A DNA stretch of 60,293 nt from Oscillospiraceae bacterium (GTDB lineage Bacteria; Bacillota; Clostridia; Oscillospirales; CAG-272), in contig SVRG01000003.1 of NCBI GenBank assembly GCA_015064965.1, positions 1-60,293 of the forward strand. Direction: 5' to 3'. Positions within the stretch are counted from its first letter, which is position 1; every line of letters starts with the position of its first letter. Shown one piece after another: positions 42,998 through 53,187 of this stretch. The notes beneath the pieces are model-generated. The model was not told the origin of the DNA. It saw only the letters and a list, made by a program, of their open reading frames with translations, and ran no database searches. A program made the translations under genes and the position numbers.

Positions 42998-45900
42998 CTA
43001 TTTGATTCTCTTTGAGGGCGCCGCAATTCTTGTAAAGATTACGCATGCCTCGCTTCTGACAATCTCATCATTTGGACGGTATTTGCCACTTCCTGCGTCT
43101 CCGCCAACGATGCCTGCCTCATAGAGTTTCTTAACCGCAGAATATACCGCACTGCCCTCCAAAACGTCGCTTGGTGCACCGCTTCTTGAAGCTGTATACT
43201 CACTGCTTGGAAGAATGTTTGCAAATACAACTGCCATTTCTCCCCTGGTTATATTCTTATTATAATCCTTAAACTGTCCGTTTGCAATAATATTATTTTG
43301 AATACAGTATTCAACATACGGTGCAAACCAGCTTTCACCCTGTGCTGCTTTTCTCACCGAGGTACCGTTGTACGCAGTGTGAATGTTTGCCGCTGCAGTA
43401 AGCGCCTGAGCCACGGTAAACTTGTTGTCCGGCGAAAACTTAGTGGTAGAAGTGCCGTTTGCAAGCGAATACTCGTAAGCCATCTTTACATATTCGTAGA
43501 ACCACTTATCCTTTGTTACATCGGTAAAGCTATCCGTATATGTACGGCTCTGCTTGAATTTGGATCCGCTGTTTTCACCTTCAAAACCGCTTATCTTCTT
43601 TGCAAGCGGCATGGGGTTTGCCTGCACGGTATAAACTGTGTCAAGCTTATTAGGCATTCCGCTTCCGTTACCGATGCTTACTCCATCCTTGGTGACTGTC
43701 ATCGGCTCAAAGTGCGACCAACGGCGGTCGGACGCGTCGGGTCCGAGATAGCCATGGTAAGATGCCCATTTTGTGCCAAACGGGTCAGTTATATATGACG
43801 CATGTCCGCATCCGTTAACCTCGGCAGAACGGGCAAAAATAGGCTTGCCAAGTTTTTCCCAGTTGTCTGCATCAAGCGGATCGCCGCCCTTGAATTTGAG
43901 ATAACTAAGCTGATAATATACAGTCCAATATCCACTACCTGTGTACATGAGGTAGTATGAGCCGTCATCGCCGTAAACCGCAGCCGCGCCCTCTACAACC
44001 TTTGGATACCAGTTGCCGTTTTTATCCTGACCGTAGCCGCCCATTTCCCATTCCTCAGTAGGAACACATATGGTCGTAGGCTTGCCTATCGTCCAAGGAT
44101 TCTCAAAGTCACAGATATTTACAGTCTGATGGAAGTTTGATGTTCCGCGGTCTGCCTCGCCGATATAGGTGATATAGGTCTTGCCGTTAATATAGCTTAC
44201 CGACATACCGCCACAAAGACTTTCTACGTTAACATCGGGTGCTTCGGGGAACACAATTTTGCGAGGTTTATTAACTTCACCGGTAACGGGATCGCCCCAA
44301 CGTCCGAGAAGATTGTCGCCATCAAGACATTTTACAACGTGCATACGCTGGTTTGCAGTTGTACCGTCGTCAAACGAGATGAACATGTACCAGCCCTCAT
44401 TTTCCTTGCCGACGTCCTCTGCAGTGAAATACCAGATTTCAGGTGACCAAAGATTCATACCGCCGGTTTCCTCAAGAATGGTATACGCCGCAGTAGTCTT
44501 TATATCTGCGATATTTGCCGCCTTGATAATACCAATAGTGGTAGAACCGGTACATGTATAGTAATAGAATCCGTCCTTTTCATTATATAAAAGGTTGGGG
44601 TCTGCATTGTTGTAACGAATGGGGTTTTGGAAAGTGGTTGTGCCTGTTTCCTCTTCATTGATATTGATGTTGTTGCCAATATTGAGAGTGCTCTTCATAT
44701 CGCCCTCAAAATCTTCGGCGCCGCGAAGGTCGGTGAGATGCATAAACTCACCGCCGTCGAGATTAACTGTGTAAGTACCGTGAAGCACAGTATTTAAACT
44801 CTTTGCAGGGGCGATAGCCGCCTGGAAGTCGCCGCCTGTGATATTGAGTGTTACATCATAGTTGAGCTCATACCCCGCGCTGTCCTCCTCGTAGATTGCA
44901 TAGACACCTGCAAGGAATGTACCGCCCGAAATGTTTGCCACTATCTTACCGGAGGTGTTTCCTCTGGAAGCAAAGCTGACATAACTGTGGAATGTACCGC
45001 CCGAAATGTCAACATTGTGAACAAGGTCAGTTGCAAGAAGCTTTGTCGAGTTGTAGCCGCCGCGCAGACTGCTCCACTCGCCGCTCTTGACTGTCACATA
45101 CGTTGTCTGCGATGCAAGAAGATTGTTGTGTCCGCCAACGATGCCGGGATATGTAGTATTGCTGTTGGTAAGCACGCACTTTACATTTTCGCCGATAGTG
45201 AGCGGATTACCCTTTGCATAGATTATCGCAGTGGCAGGCGCGTTGATAACAATTTTATCAAACTCGGTTTCGCCTCCGAGATTTATCGCTGCAGCAAGCA
45301 CAAGTACTGCGCCTGCATCTCTGTAATCGTTGACATAATCAAACGATGTAACTGTAATTCGGTTTGAGTGAGTCTTTACGGTATACGCACTTTCGATAGT
45401 ATATTTACCGGAAATAACTATGGTGCCGTCCTCGCCGCCAAGTGCAGTGATTGCCGCATTGAGGTCGCCGAGCGGTGCAGACGCGCTTGCGCCGTCACCT
45501 GTTCCGCCATCGGCAAGATAAACAAGGTTTGCATCGATCTGCTCGCCAAACTTTGAAGATATCTGATTGATAAGTGTCATATCGGCGCCGTCGCCATACA
45601 TAAGCGCGCCGTTTGCAAGTTTGCTTTCGATATTGAATTTTTCAATTCGCGCTTTTTCAACATCGCAAAGCACATCACACGAAAGTGCACCGATGTTTAC
45701 CGATGCAATATTGCCGCCGCGCAAGCGGAGCGTGAAATTCTTGCTGACAGTGTTCTGTGCTATATTAACAGAGTTTATATTACCGCCGGAAACAATGATT
45801 TCTGCATTTGCAATCGAACCGCTGCCGGCAAGTGCAGAGATACTTCCGATAGCACCACCGAGAATGTTCAAGGTGTGTGTACCGTTTCCGCTGAGGCCTG

Positions 45901-47344
45901 CAGAAAGTTTTTCTATACTACCTGCTTTAACGGTGATTCTACTGCTTTCGCCTGCGCCCGCAAGCGAAAAACCGCTGTAGGGGGTAACAGTTCCCTCATC
46001 AATCGTAAGAGAGCCGTCTTTTGCAACAAACGTGAGCGCACCGGATGAGGTAAGTCTTACATCTTTGAACGTAACATTACCGTCAAAGGTGTAAGTTCCC
46101 GGATTAAACTCAATCTGTCCCATCTCAACGCCGGCAAAAGTAACGCTTTCAGCCGCCTTGCCGTAATCGGAGGCAAGACCGAAAGGAACTGTGCCGATAA
46201 CATAGACTGTACCGCCGTTTTGACGGATAACTTCAAAAGCTGCCGCAAGCGAGCCTATGGGGCTTTCCTTGGTGGAGCCGTCGCCGGTGGAACCAACTTT
46301 TACATAAACCTTTGACAGGTTTTCGTATTTATCAAACGCTTCTTTAAATCGTTCGATCTGACTTGTGCCGAAAAGGCTTGAGTCGCAATAGACATTCTTT
46401 TTAGAGAGGGATTTTTCCGCACTCTTTAAAATATTGTCATTTGCATATGTAACACTTGCAGTGCCGACTTTTCCGCCGTAAAGATAAACATCAGCATTGC
46501 CAATGGTATTGTTTACTGTAACAGTACCTACAACACCGCCGTTTACTGTAACCTTTGCATTGCCCAAAAGCTGACGTGTTGCATCGCCGCCTGTATAGAC
46601 AATAGAAACTGAACCGCCGTTTACTGTAATATCTGTATTTCCGGCATAGTGGTTTACAAGAGAGCCGCCGTAAATCTCGGTAACGCTGCCGCCGTTTACG
46701 GTAATGTGAGAAGTGCCGGTGTAGGTCATTGTACCGGCGCCCTTGTTACGTGTAAATCCGCAGATCTTGTAAAAAGTACCGCTGTTTATCACAATGTTGG
46801 AGTCAAGGCTGGCATCAAGCTCCACACTTTCGGGAGTGTGATATCCGCCTACAACAAATGCCCATTTACCGCCGTTTTTAACAGTGAGCCCTGTGTCAAA
46901 AGTGAGCGGATGGAAGTTTGCGGTAAAAATGACAAAATTAGTCATCGAAACTGTAAGGTCGCGGAAGGTGGTGGGACCTGACAAACGGTGGAAAGTTCCT
47001 GAACTTACGTTTACCTGAAAATCAAGAACTGCCTTGTAGTCCTTTGCGCCGTCCTTTGCAGTAATAACAATTTCACCTGCATGTTCAGGCTGAACATAGT
47101 CAGATGTGATTGTATAATTGGACACAAGCACAACCGTACCGCCGTCTTTTACAGCGCTAATCGCCTTGTCGAGCGTTTTATATGCAGAAGACGCATCGGT
47201 ACCTGCATATGCATCATCGCCGTTCAGCGCGTCAAGATAAACTGTTTTGTCTGCTGCCGAAGCGGAAAAAGCAAAGAGTGCAAAAAGTGCAGCTACGCAC
47301 AAAACAGCTACAAAAACTTTACGAAAAACAAAATTTCTCGTCAT
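42998..47344 (-). CDS. Giant surface protein: three ~330-aa beta-helix-like modules, a GH43-like catalytic domain and three SLH repeats
   Basis: It has a signal peptide. The module openings are VYLDALNGDDAYAGTDASSAYKTLDKAI, VYVKVGSTGDGSTKESPIGSLAAAF and VYLADGGTGDGASASAPLGDLNAAI. The GH43-like motifs are NNADPNLLYNEKDGFYYY, LWSPEIWYF and EGAAAVYGDDGSYYLMYTG. The SLH tail is about 80 percent similar to that of 40932-42983. Confidence 0.8.
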   Translation of the reverse strand: MTRNFVFRKVFVAVLCVAALFALFAFSASAADKTVYLDALNGDDAYAGTDASSAYKTLDKAISAVKDGGTVVLVSNYTITSDYVQPEHAGEIVITAKDGAKDYKAVLDFQVNVSSGTFHRLSGPTTFRDLTVSMTNFVIFTANFHPLTFDTGLTVKNGGKWAFVVGGYHTPESVELDASLDSNIVINSGTFYKICGFTRNKGAGTMTYTGTSHITVNGGSVTEIYGGSLVNHYAGNTDITVNGGSVSIVYTGGDATRQLLGNAKVTVNGGVVGTVTVNNTIGNADVYLYGGKVGTASVTYANDNILKSAEKSLSKKNVYCDSSLFGTSQIERFKEAFDKYENLSKVYVKVGSTGDGSTKESPIGSLAAAFEVIRQNGGTVYVIGTVPFGLASDYGKAAESVTFAGVEMGQIEFNPGTYTFDGNVTFKDVRLTSSGALTFVAKDGSLTIDEGTVTPYSGFSLAGAGESSRITVKAGSIEKLSAGLSGNGTHTLNILGGAIGSISALAGSGSIANAEIIVSGGNINSVNIAQNTVSKNFTLRLRGGNIASVNIGALSCDVLCDVEKARIEKFNIESKLANGALMYGDGADMTLINQISSKFGEQIDANLVYLADGGTGDGASASAPLGDLNAAITALGGEDGTIVISGKYTIESAYTVKTHSNRITVTSFDYVNDYRDAGAVLVLAAAINLGGETEFDKIVINAPATAIIYAKGNPLTIGENVKCVLTNSNTTYPGIVGGHNNLLASQTTYVTVKSGEWSSLRGGYNSTKLLATDLVHNVDISGGTFHSYVSFASRGNTSGKIVANISGGTFLAGVYAIYEEDSAGYELNYDVTLNITGGDFQAAIAPAKSLNTVLHGTYTVNLDGGEFMHLTDLRGAEDFEGDMKSTLNIGNNININEEETGTTTFQNPIRYNNADPNLLYNEKDGFYYYTCTGSTTIGIIKAANIADIKTTAAYTILEETGGMNLWSPEIWYFTAEDVGKENEGWYMFISFDDGTTANQRMHVVKCLDGDNLLGRWGDPVTGEVNKPRKIVFPEAPDVNVESLCGGMSVSYINGKTYITYIGEADRGTSNFHQTVNICDFENPWTIGKPTTICVPTEEWEMGGYGQDKNGNWYPKVVEGAAAVYGDDGSYYLMYTGSGYWTVYYQLSYLKFKGGDPLDADNWEKLGKPIFARSAEVNGCGHASYITDPFGTKWASYHGYLGPDASDRRWSHFEPMTVTKDGVSIGNGSGMPNKLDTVYTVQANPMPLAKKISGFEGENSGSKFKQSRTYTDSFTDVTKDKWFYEYVKMAYEYSLANGTSTTKFSPDNKFTVAQALTAAANIHTAYNGTSVRKAAQGESWFAPYVEYCIQNNIIANGQFKDYNKNITRGEMAVVFANILPSSEYTASRSGAPSDVLEGSAVYSAVKKLYEAGIVGGDAGSGKYRPNDEIVRSEACVIFTRIAAPSKRIK

Positions 47345-47364
47345 AAATTCAAATCCTTTCAATA

Positions 47365-48162
47365 TCAGTTTTCAAGGTTGAAAGAAATATTGGGAACGCA
47401 ATCAAAGTTGTCAACAATAGCCTTCATCGAGCGAAGGAGGGGTTGGTCGCGAGAGGAAAGTGCGTCATACTGCTGAACGCAAAGCCACATGCAAACGCCA
47501 AAATATGGGCCAAGCACGCGGTGCATCTTGCACCATGGGCCGTTTGAAAGGAAGAGGAACGGGATCTTGAGTTCCTTTTTAAGCAATTTGATTGTATTAA
47601 GATTGTTCCAGAGCTGCTCTTCATTGTCGGTGCCGGTTACAAACTTTGCAATATCAACACCGCGGCTCTGTTGCTCAAGCGCAAGTTCAAGCACCTGTTC
47701 AGGCTCCATATACTTGAAGATATGCGAGGACATAAGCACCTCTGCTCCTGCCTCATGGAACTTTTCGATCTGCGCTTTCTGTTTATCAATAGCAATGGGG
47801 TTCTTAGTCATTTCGCCGGGAGTAGGATCAAAAGTGTCACCGGTGAGGTCCACAAGTGTTGCTCCGCACTTGATAGCAAGCATAAGCTCGTCCATGCGCG
47901 CTTCCTCGGTCATTTCCTTATTATATGCACCGCGGTAGTTTGTAATATAGAGCGGCTTGTTGCCCATATACGCGGTAAGTTTTTTGAGAATATCCTCTGT
48001 TCTGAATTCGGGGCGGAGTCTTTCCATCTGCATGCCGAATGCATCAGCGCCGTCATAAATGGCGTTGCGTATATTGTTTACTGCCTGAGTGGGAGTTTCA
48101 ACAATAACCATATCAACCAAAAGCGGTCTTTCATGCCCTAAAAAGGTGAGTTTCTTTTCCAT
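47365..48162 (-). CDS. Type I 3-dehydroquinate dehydratase (AroD)-like protein
   Basis: By manual alignment it is collinear with AroD: KPLYITNYRG, LVDLTGD, VLMSSHIF (His position), VDIAKFV (Schiff-base Lys position) and MHRVLGPYFG. Confidence 0.65.
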   Translation of the reverse strand: MEKKLTFLGHERPLLVDMVIVETPTQAVNNIRNAIYDGADAFGMQMERLRPEFRTEDILKKLTAYMGNKPLYITNYRGAYNKEMTEEARMDELMLAIKCGATLVDLTGDTFDPTPGEMTKNPIAIDKQKAQIEKFHEAGAEVLMSSHIFKYMEPEQVLELALEQQSRGVDIAKFVTGTDNEEQLWNNLNTIKLLKKELKIPFLFLSNGPWCKMHRVLGPYFGVCMWLCVQQYDALSSRDQPLLRSMKAIVDNFDCVPNISFNLEN

Positions 48163-48354
48163 AACATATGCCTCCGTTAAAAGTTTATATTAGTATACAA
48201 TCTAATAATACCATCTGAACCTTTTATTAGCAATGCAAAAACTGATACTTATTTGTGTAAAATGATACACATTTTGCAATATTTGGTACTTTTGTTGATT
48301 TTATTTAACAAAAATGATATACTCATTATAACAAATCTTGAAAAGGAGAACTGT

Positions 48355-49140
48355 ATGAAAAGCATCTCAAAAATCACGCCGATTCGTTTTGTGGGCGCAC
48401 TTACCATAAAAAACCCCGTATTTAAACTGCGCGAACAACAGGATCGCAAATCATACGGTATCTGCTTTGCAAAGTCCGGCAAAATGGTTTATTACCATGA
48501 CGGTAAAGAATACATTTCTGACAAAAATCATGTTTTGCTCTTGCCCAAAGGCGCTACATATACGCAATCATGCCTGATAGAGGGCGAGTTTCCGCTTATA
48601 CAGTACCAGGCACTTGACGGCACTGCACCAAATGAGTTTATCAGTATCGAAATCAGCGATATCGAAAACTATCTCGGCGAGTTTGCAAAACTTGAAAAGC
48701 TGTGGCTTATAAAGCCGCCAAACGGACATCTCAGCGCGCTTTGCCACATATACGAAATTCTCAATCGCCTTTATAAAAATGAGCTTGCACAAAAGAGCGA
48801 TAAAAGCTTTGACATTATTCGTCCTGCAGTAAAATACCTTGAAGACAATTTTACAAATCCAAATCTTTCAAATCACATGCTTGCCGAAAAAGCGGCGGTA
48901 AGCGAGGTATATTTCCGCCGCGTGTTTAAAAATCAATACGGCACCTCGCCAAAGCAGTACATACAAAACCTGCGTATCCGCACCGCAGAAAACCTGCTGC
49001 TCAACGAGTACCTTTCGGTTTCTTCAATCGCAGAGATGTCCGGATTTACAAGCGTTTACCATTTTTCGCGCACATTTAAAAAATCCACCGGCTACACCCC
49101 GACAGAATATGTAAAAGCTTTCGGCAGCGCCGGTCAGTAA
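48355..49140 (+). CDS. AraC-family transcriptional regulator
   Basis: The RBS AAAGGAGA lies upstream of the ATG at 48355. The HTH reads LSNHMLAEKAAVSEVYFRRVFKNQYGTSPKQY...SIAEMSGFTSVYHFSRTFKKSTGYTPTEY. Confidence 0.85.
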   Translation: MKSISKITPIRFVGALTIKNPVFKLREQQDRKSYGICFAKSGKMVYYHDGKEYISDKNHVLLLPKGATYTQSCLIEGEFPLIQYQALDGTAPNEFISIEISDIENYLGEFAKLEKLWLIKPPNGHLSALCHIYEILNRLYKNELAQKSDKSFDIIRPAVKYLEDNFTNPNLSNHMLAEKAAVSEVYFRRVFKNQYGTSPKQYIQNLRIRTAENLLLNEYLSVSSIAEMSGFTSVYHFSRTFKKSTGYTPTEYVKAFGSAGQ

Positions 49141-49143
49141 CAT

Positions 49144-49171
49144 AAAAAATCCGCCAAAAGGCGGATTTTTT
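49144..49171. terminator. Bidirectional intrinsic terminator
   Basis: AAAAAATCCGCC-AAAA-GGCGGATTTTTT. Confidence 0.85.
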
Positions 49172-49172
49172 G

Positions 49173-52100
49173 TTATTCAGCTATTATTATCGGCCAATTT
49201 GCAGTGGAAGAAAGAACATTATTACCCATTGCATCGGATATCACTGAGGTGCCGTCATCCTTGTTATACAACGTTGCAGTAAAGAGAATGTTTTTGGATG
49301 TAAAATAACTCATCGGAATTGAAAGTTCGGTAACTGCGCCAAGCTTGTCAACTGCGACAGATGCAAAACCAATCTCTTTTGCATCGTGTTTCTGGAGCGT
49401 TTCGCCCGAGTAAACAACCTCACTTACAGAGTTAAGACCGACCTTTACTCTGTAAAAACCGCTCTTGCCCTCCTCGGCAAAGTAAAGCGTGATACTGTCG
49501 CCGGCTGTGAGCGAATAGTCGCTTCTCTCCAAAAGCAGATAAAGTCTGTCACCGTTAACTGCGGCGCGAATCGCGCTTTGTGCCTGAGTGGACGAGCCAA
49601 CAAAAAGTGCCTCACTTCCCTGCCAATCCTTATTGTTTCCGTCAACGGTAATAGCGGTCTTTTCAGCCTTTATTGCGTGATTAAGATACACTGTGCCGAC
49701 CATAAGCGTATTTGTGTCGCCGGTATTTGCAATCGCAGCAATTGCAGAGTGGGATGTGCGCTTTTCAACAGTACCCCAATAGCCACCGTTTAAGAAAGGC
49801 ATATATGTCGCACCAAAGTTTTCGCCGTTTTCATCGCCGACACGGAGCTGCATACGATTATTAACATTATAGGTAAGCAGAGTTTCGCCCGAATCAAACT
49901 GCAAAATGTACGGTGCCGCACCGAGGAAAACGTTGTCTGCGCGTTTTACGGGACCTTCCTCCTCGGTATCAAGGGGCGCAGTCCAGTTGTCGCTTGAATA
50001 GCCGAACGAAATATAAAGTTCTCCTGCATCGGGGCGCGACTCAACCGCCATAACCGAAGTGCCGTTGTTGAGATGTGCAACTGCGGGCATTTGGTCGGTA
50101 AAAAGTGTTTTTGCGCTGTCAACCTTGCGCTTTTGCTGCATAACAACTGCCGCACTGTACGGTGCACCGGTAACACTTGGTGTCCATGTTTTTCCGTTAT
50201 CCACAGAGCGAAGCATTCCGACACCGCTTGAGAGATAATCCTTATCAAGCTTGCCGTCAAGATAGAACTTAGGTGCGTTATGAGTAAAGAATATCTGCAC
50301 CTCACCGTCCGCAGTCTGGGTCATGAACGGCTCCCAGTTGATGCCCTTGTAAATCTCCTCTTCTTCGGTCCATGTTTTTCCGTTGTCTGTGGAACGGCGA
50401 ATTACAAGGCCGCCCATTGATGCATCCTTACCGTAACCGAGGTTGTAGCGATAAGAAGCCACCGCCAATATATCGCCGTTTGCAAGCACAAAGCCGTCGC
50501 AGGTGGAGTAACGTATGGAGTCAGATTCGCCGTTTACCCCTTTTGCTGCATGAAGTTTGAAGAGCAATTCGCCGCGTGACCATTTCAAAGCATCTTCGCT
50601 TGTTGTGTAATAGATATTTGAGCCGATCTGAGCATTTTGGTAAAACATAATGTATCTGCCGTCGCTCATCTGTTTAACGCGGGGATACATTGCACCGGTT
50701 GTCATAAGTATATCGGGGGTAACTTCAACATACTGTCTGAAGTTCATTTCAACGCTACTGTGCGAGGAAAAGCCCCCATGCGAATCCGCAGAGGGCTTTT
50801 CGTTGTTGAGCATGTCGATGGTGTTTATCTTCAAATCGCCTGCGGTGGGCAAAATTTCTGGCATATCAACCACAGCGCCCACAGCCTTTGTAAGCGTTGC
50901 GGTGCTTGTTGCGCCGTCCCACTCAACTTTTGCACCGAGTTTGTCGGCAACAAAGCGCACGGGGAGATATGTTCTGCCGTTTTCAATGAACGCAGGAGAG
51001 TCAAGCAATACATCCTCGCCGTTTACAAACGCAACGGGAGAATTGATTACGATTTTAATTTCAACATCGTCGGTTTTAACAGTTGCAGTGCTTGTTGCGC
51101 CGTTCCACAAAACCACCGCGCCAAAGCTGTCCGCAACAAAGCGAACAGGGAGCATGGTTCTGCCGTTTCTGATGATTGGCGCTGCATCAAGTTCTTTTGC
51201 CTCGCCGTTTACATAACCGACCTTTTGACCGATGGTGAGCTTAACCTCGGTAATCTGCGGCTCACTGCTCTCTTCTCCCTCGGTTGTAACATTGTCAAAA
51301 AACGATGAAACTGTTTCAAAATTTGCCGCCGCCTTGGTTTTGTCGGAATACACAAGAGTTTTGCCGTAGGTAAGGAACAAGTCACTTCCCTCACTAAAAA
51401 CATCGGCATACTTTCCGATAGTGCCGCCGAGCCAGTTTACAGTAAAGCTTTCTGCAAAGCCGCTTGCACTTGCACCGAAAATCTCATCAACCTTAGCATT
51501 GCCGTCAATGGTTACAACGGTTTTTCCCGATGTGAAAGGCTTGTTGCAAGGGGTGAGGTAAAGGCGGGAAACATGCGCGTTTCCGCCGATCGTAACATTT
51601 GCAGTGCCGAGGTACGATGCGCCGTCGATAAGGCGCGAATATGCGCCGATATTGATATTTGAACCGCCTAAAACGGTGATATTGGTATCAAGTGAATTCT
51701 CAGCCTCGGGCGCATCCTTGGAGCCGCGGAGCTTTGGCTGACCTGACTGATAGTTGCCGAGAATTGAAAAAGATGTGCCAAAGGTTTTACCGTCAAAGCC
51801 CGCATTGGTGGACTTTACAGTAACGCCCTCTCCGAGCGTAAAGGGATAGTGGTTTGCAATAACAAACATATATTTGCCGGTAATAACGATGTCAATATCG
51901 TCAAAAACAAACTCGCCGCTGCAGACAAATCGTGCTCCGATACATTCATAAACCGCGCCGTATTTGCGGTAATCCATGCCGTCATGCACCGAAGTTATCT
52001 TGATTTTACCGTCAAATGTTTCCGGATAAGCAAAGTTTGCCGCCTGTTCAAAACGTCCGCAAACTACAATGGTGCAATCCTTGGTTTTGTCGAGCAATTC

Positions 52101-52262
52101 AACCGCCTTGCCAAGCGAGCCAACCGGACTGTTGTCGCTGAGTCCGTTGCCGTCAGCACCTGTTTCAAGGTAAACAACGGTAACGCCCTCCTCGGCGCTG
52201 CCGCATATAACAAACATACAAACAAGGGTGATGAGCATCAAAAAGTACAATACCTTTTTCAT
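49173..52262 (-). CDS. Secreted fusion protein: beta-helix-like module, two copper-amine-oxidase-N domains, a BNR/Asp-box propeller and a CBM9-like module
   Basis: It has a signal peptide. The N-terminal module opens VVYLETGADGNGLSDNSPVGSLGKAVELL. Two copies of (V/Y)VNGE...LD(A/S)P..I.NGRT(M/Y)LPVRFVAD follow. The Asp-boxes are STDNGKTW and SVDNGKTW. The C-terminus ITVDGNNKDWQGSEALFVGSSTQAQ is homologous to 20704-22563. Confidence 0.8.
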   Translation of the reverse strand: MKKVLYFLMLITLVCMFVICGSAEEGVTVVYLETGADGNGLSDNSPVGSLGKAVELLDKTKDCTIVVCGRFEQAANFAYPETFDGKIKITSVHDGMDYRKYGAVYECIGARFVCSGEFVFDDIDIVITGKYMFVIANHYPFTLGEGVTVKSTNAGFDGKTFGTSFSILGNYQSGQPKLRGSKDAPEAENSLDTNITVLGGSNINIGAYSRLIDGASYLGTANVTIGGNAHVSRLYLTPCNKPFTSGKTVVTIDGNAKVDEIFGASASGFAESFTVNWLGGTIGKYADVFSEGSDLFLTYGKTLVYSDKTKAAANFETVSSFFDNVTTEGEESSEPQITEVKLTIGQKVGYVNGEAKELDAAPIIRNGRTMLPVRFVADSFGAVVLWNGATSTATVKTDDVEIKIVINSPVAFVNGEDVLLDSPAFIENGRTYLPVRFVADKLGAKVEWDGATSTATLTKAVGAVVDMPEILPTAGDLKINTIDMLNNEKPSADSHGGFSSHSSVEMNFRQYVEVTPDILMTTGAMYPRVKQMSDGRYIMFYQNAQIGSNIYYTTSEDALKWSRGELLFKLHAAKGVNGESDSIRYSTCDGFVLANGDILAVASYRYNLGYGKDASMGGLVIRRSTDNGKTWTEEEEIYKGINWEPFMTQTADGEVQIFFTHNAPKFYLDGKLDKDYLSSGVGMLRSVDNGKTWTPSVTGAPYSAAVVMQQKRKVDSAKTLFTDQMPAVAHLNNGTSVMAVESRPDAGELYISFGYSSDNWTAPLDTEEEGPVKRADNVFLGAAPYILQFDSGETLLTYNVNNRMQLRVGDENGENFGATYMPFLNGGYWGTVEKRTSHSAIAAIANTGDTNTLMVGTVYLNHAIKAEKTAITVDGNNKDWQGSEALFVGSSTQAQSAIRAAVNGDRLYLLLERSDYSLTAGDSITLYFAEEGKSGFYRVKVGLNSVSEVVYSGETLQKHDAKEIGFASVAVDKLGAVTELSIPMSYFTSKNILFTATLYNKDDGTSVISDAMGNNVLSSTANWPIIIAE

Positions 52263-52289
52263 AATGTTCTCCTTTTGTTTTTCTTAATT

Positions 52290-53186
52290 TTATCTTAACA
52301 CATTTATACCGTGCGCCTCAAGTATTTTTCGCGCATTTTCTACTTCGGTGGATGTTGGAATCGGCGCACTATCTTTATCAAGCGTATAATCAATTTCAAG
52401 AGAGGCATATTTTGTGCTTGAAAGGCTGTGATAAGGCAGCACGCGCACGCCCTTTACAGAGTGAAGCGAAGCGATAAAGTCAGCAATTCCCGTCATCTCG
52501 CCGGCATTTTGATTTGGCACATAAGGGATTCTGATTTCCATTGGCATCCCAATCGCATCGAGATAACGGATATTATCCAGAATAATATCGTTGTACTGCC
52601 CGGTAAGTGCCTTATGCACATCGCGGTCAATCGCCTTTATATCAACCAAAAAAGTATCGGTATACGGCACAACCTTTTCAAGGTTTTCGCGCGAGGCAAA
52701 AAGGCAGGTGTCAACGGCTGTATTAATGCCGTTTTCTTTAAGCAGTTTCAAAAGCTCTGCCGAAAAATCTGCCTGTAACAGTGGCTCGCCGCCAGAAAGC
52801 GTAACTCCTCCGCCCGAATTGTCATAGAACTCTTTGTCCTCTAACAGTTTTGGCAGAATATCATAAGGCGCCACGCTCTCACCGTAGAATATGAGCGCAC
52901 CAAAAGTACATTCCTCAGCGCACTCTCCGCATCCCACACATTTTGCGCGTTCAAAGCTGTGTACACCGTCCTTTATACTGTGTGCACCTGCTTTGCAAAC
53001 GCTTATACAGTCGCCGCACGCTGCACATTTATCCGAATAAAAGCCCAGTTCAGCCTTTGGCGCAAGGCTTTCGGGATTGTGACACCACTTGCAGCGAAGC
53101 GGACATCCTTTCAGAAAAATCGTTGTGCGAAGCCCATCGCCGTCATGTATCTCAAAGCGTTTAATGTTTAAAATTCTTCCGTTCAT
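52290..53186 (-). CDS. Glycyl-radical-enzyme activating enzyme (radical SAM with two extra ferredoxin-type clusters)
   Basis: The motifs are GLRTTIFLKGCPLRCKWCHNPES, CAACGDCISVC and CVGCGECAEEC. The ATG at 53186 lies 1 nt after the GRE stop. Confidence 0.9.
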   Translation of the reverse strand: MNGRILNIKRFEIHDGDGLRTTIFLKGCPLRCKWCHNPESLAPKAELGFYSDKCAACGDCISVCKAGAHSIKDGVHSFERAKCVGCGECAEECTFGALIFYGESVAPYDILPKLLEDKEFYDNSGGGVTLSGGEPLLQADFSAELLKLLKENGINTAVDTCLFASRENLEKVVPYTDTFLVDIKAIDRDVHKALTGQYNDIILDNIRYLDAIGMPMEIRIPYVPNQNAGEMTGIADFIASLHSVKGVRVLPYHSLSSTKYASLEIDYTLDKDSAPIPTSTEVENARKILEAHGINVLR

Positions 53187-53187
53187 A

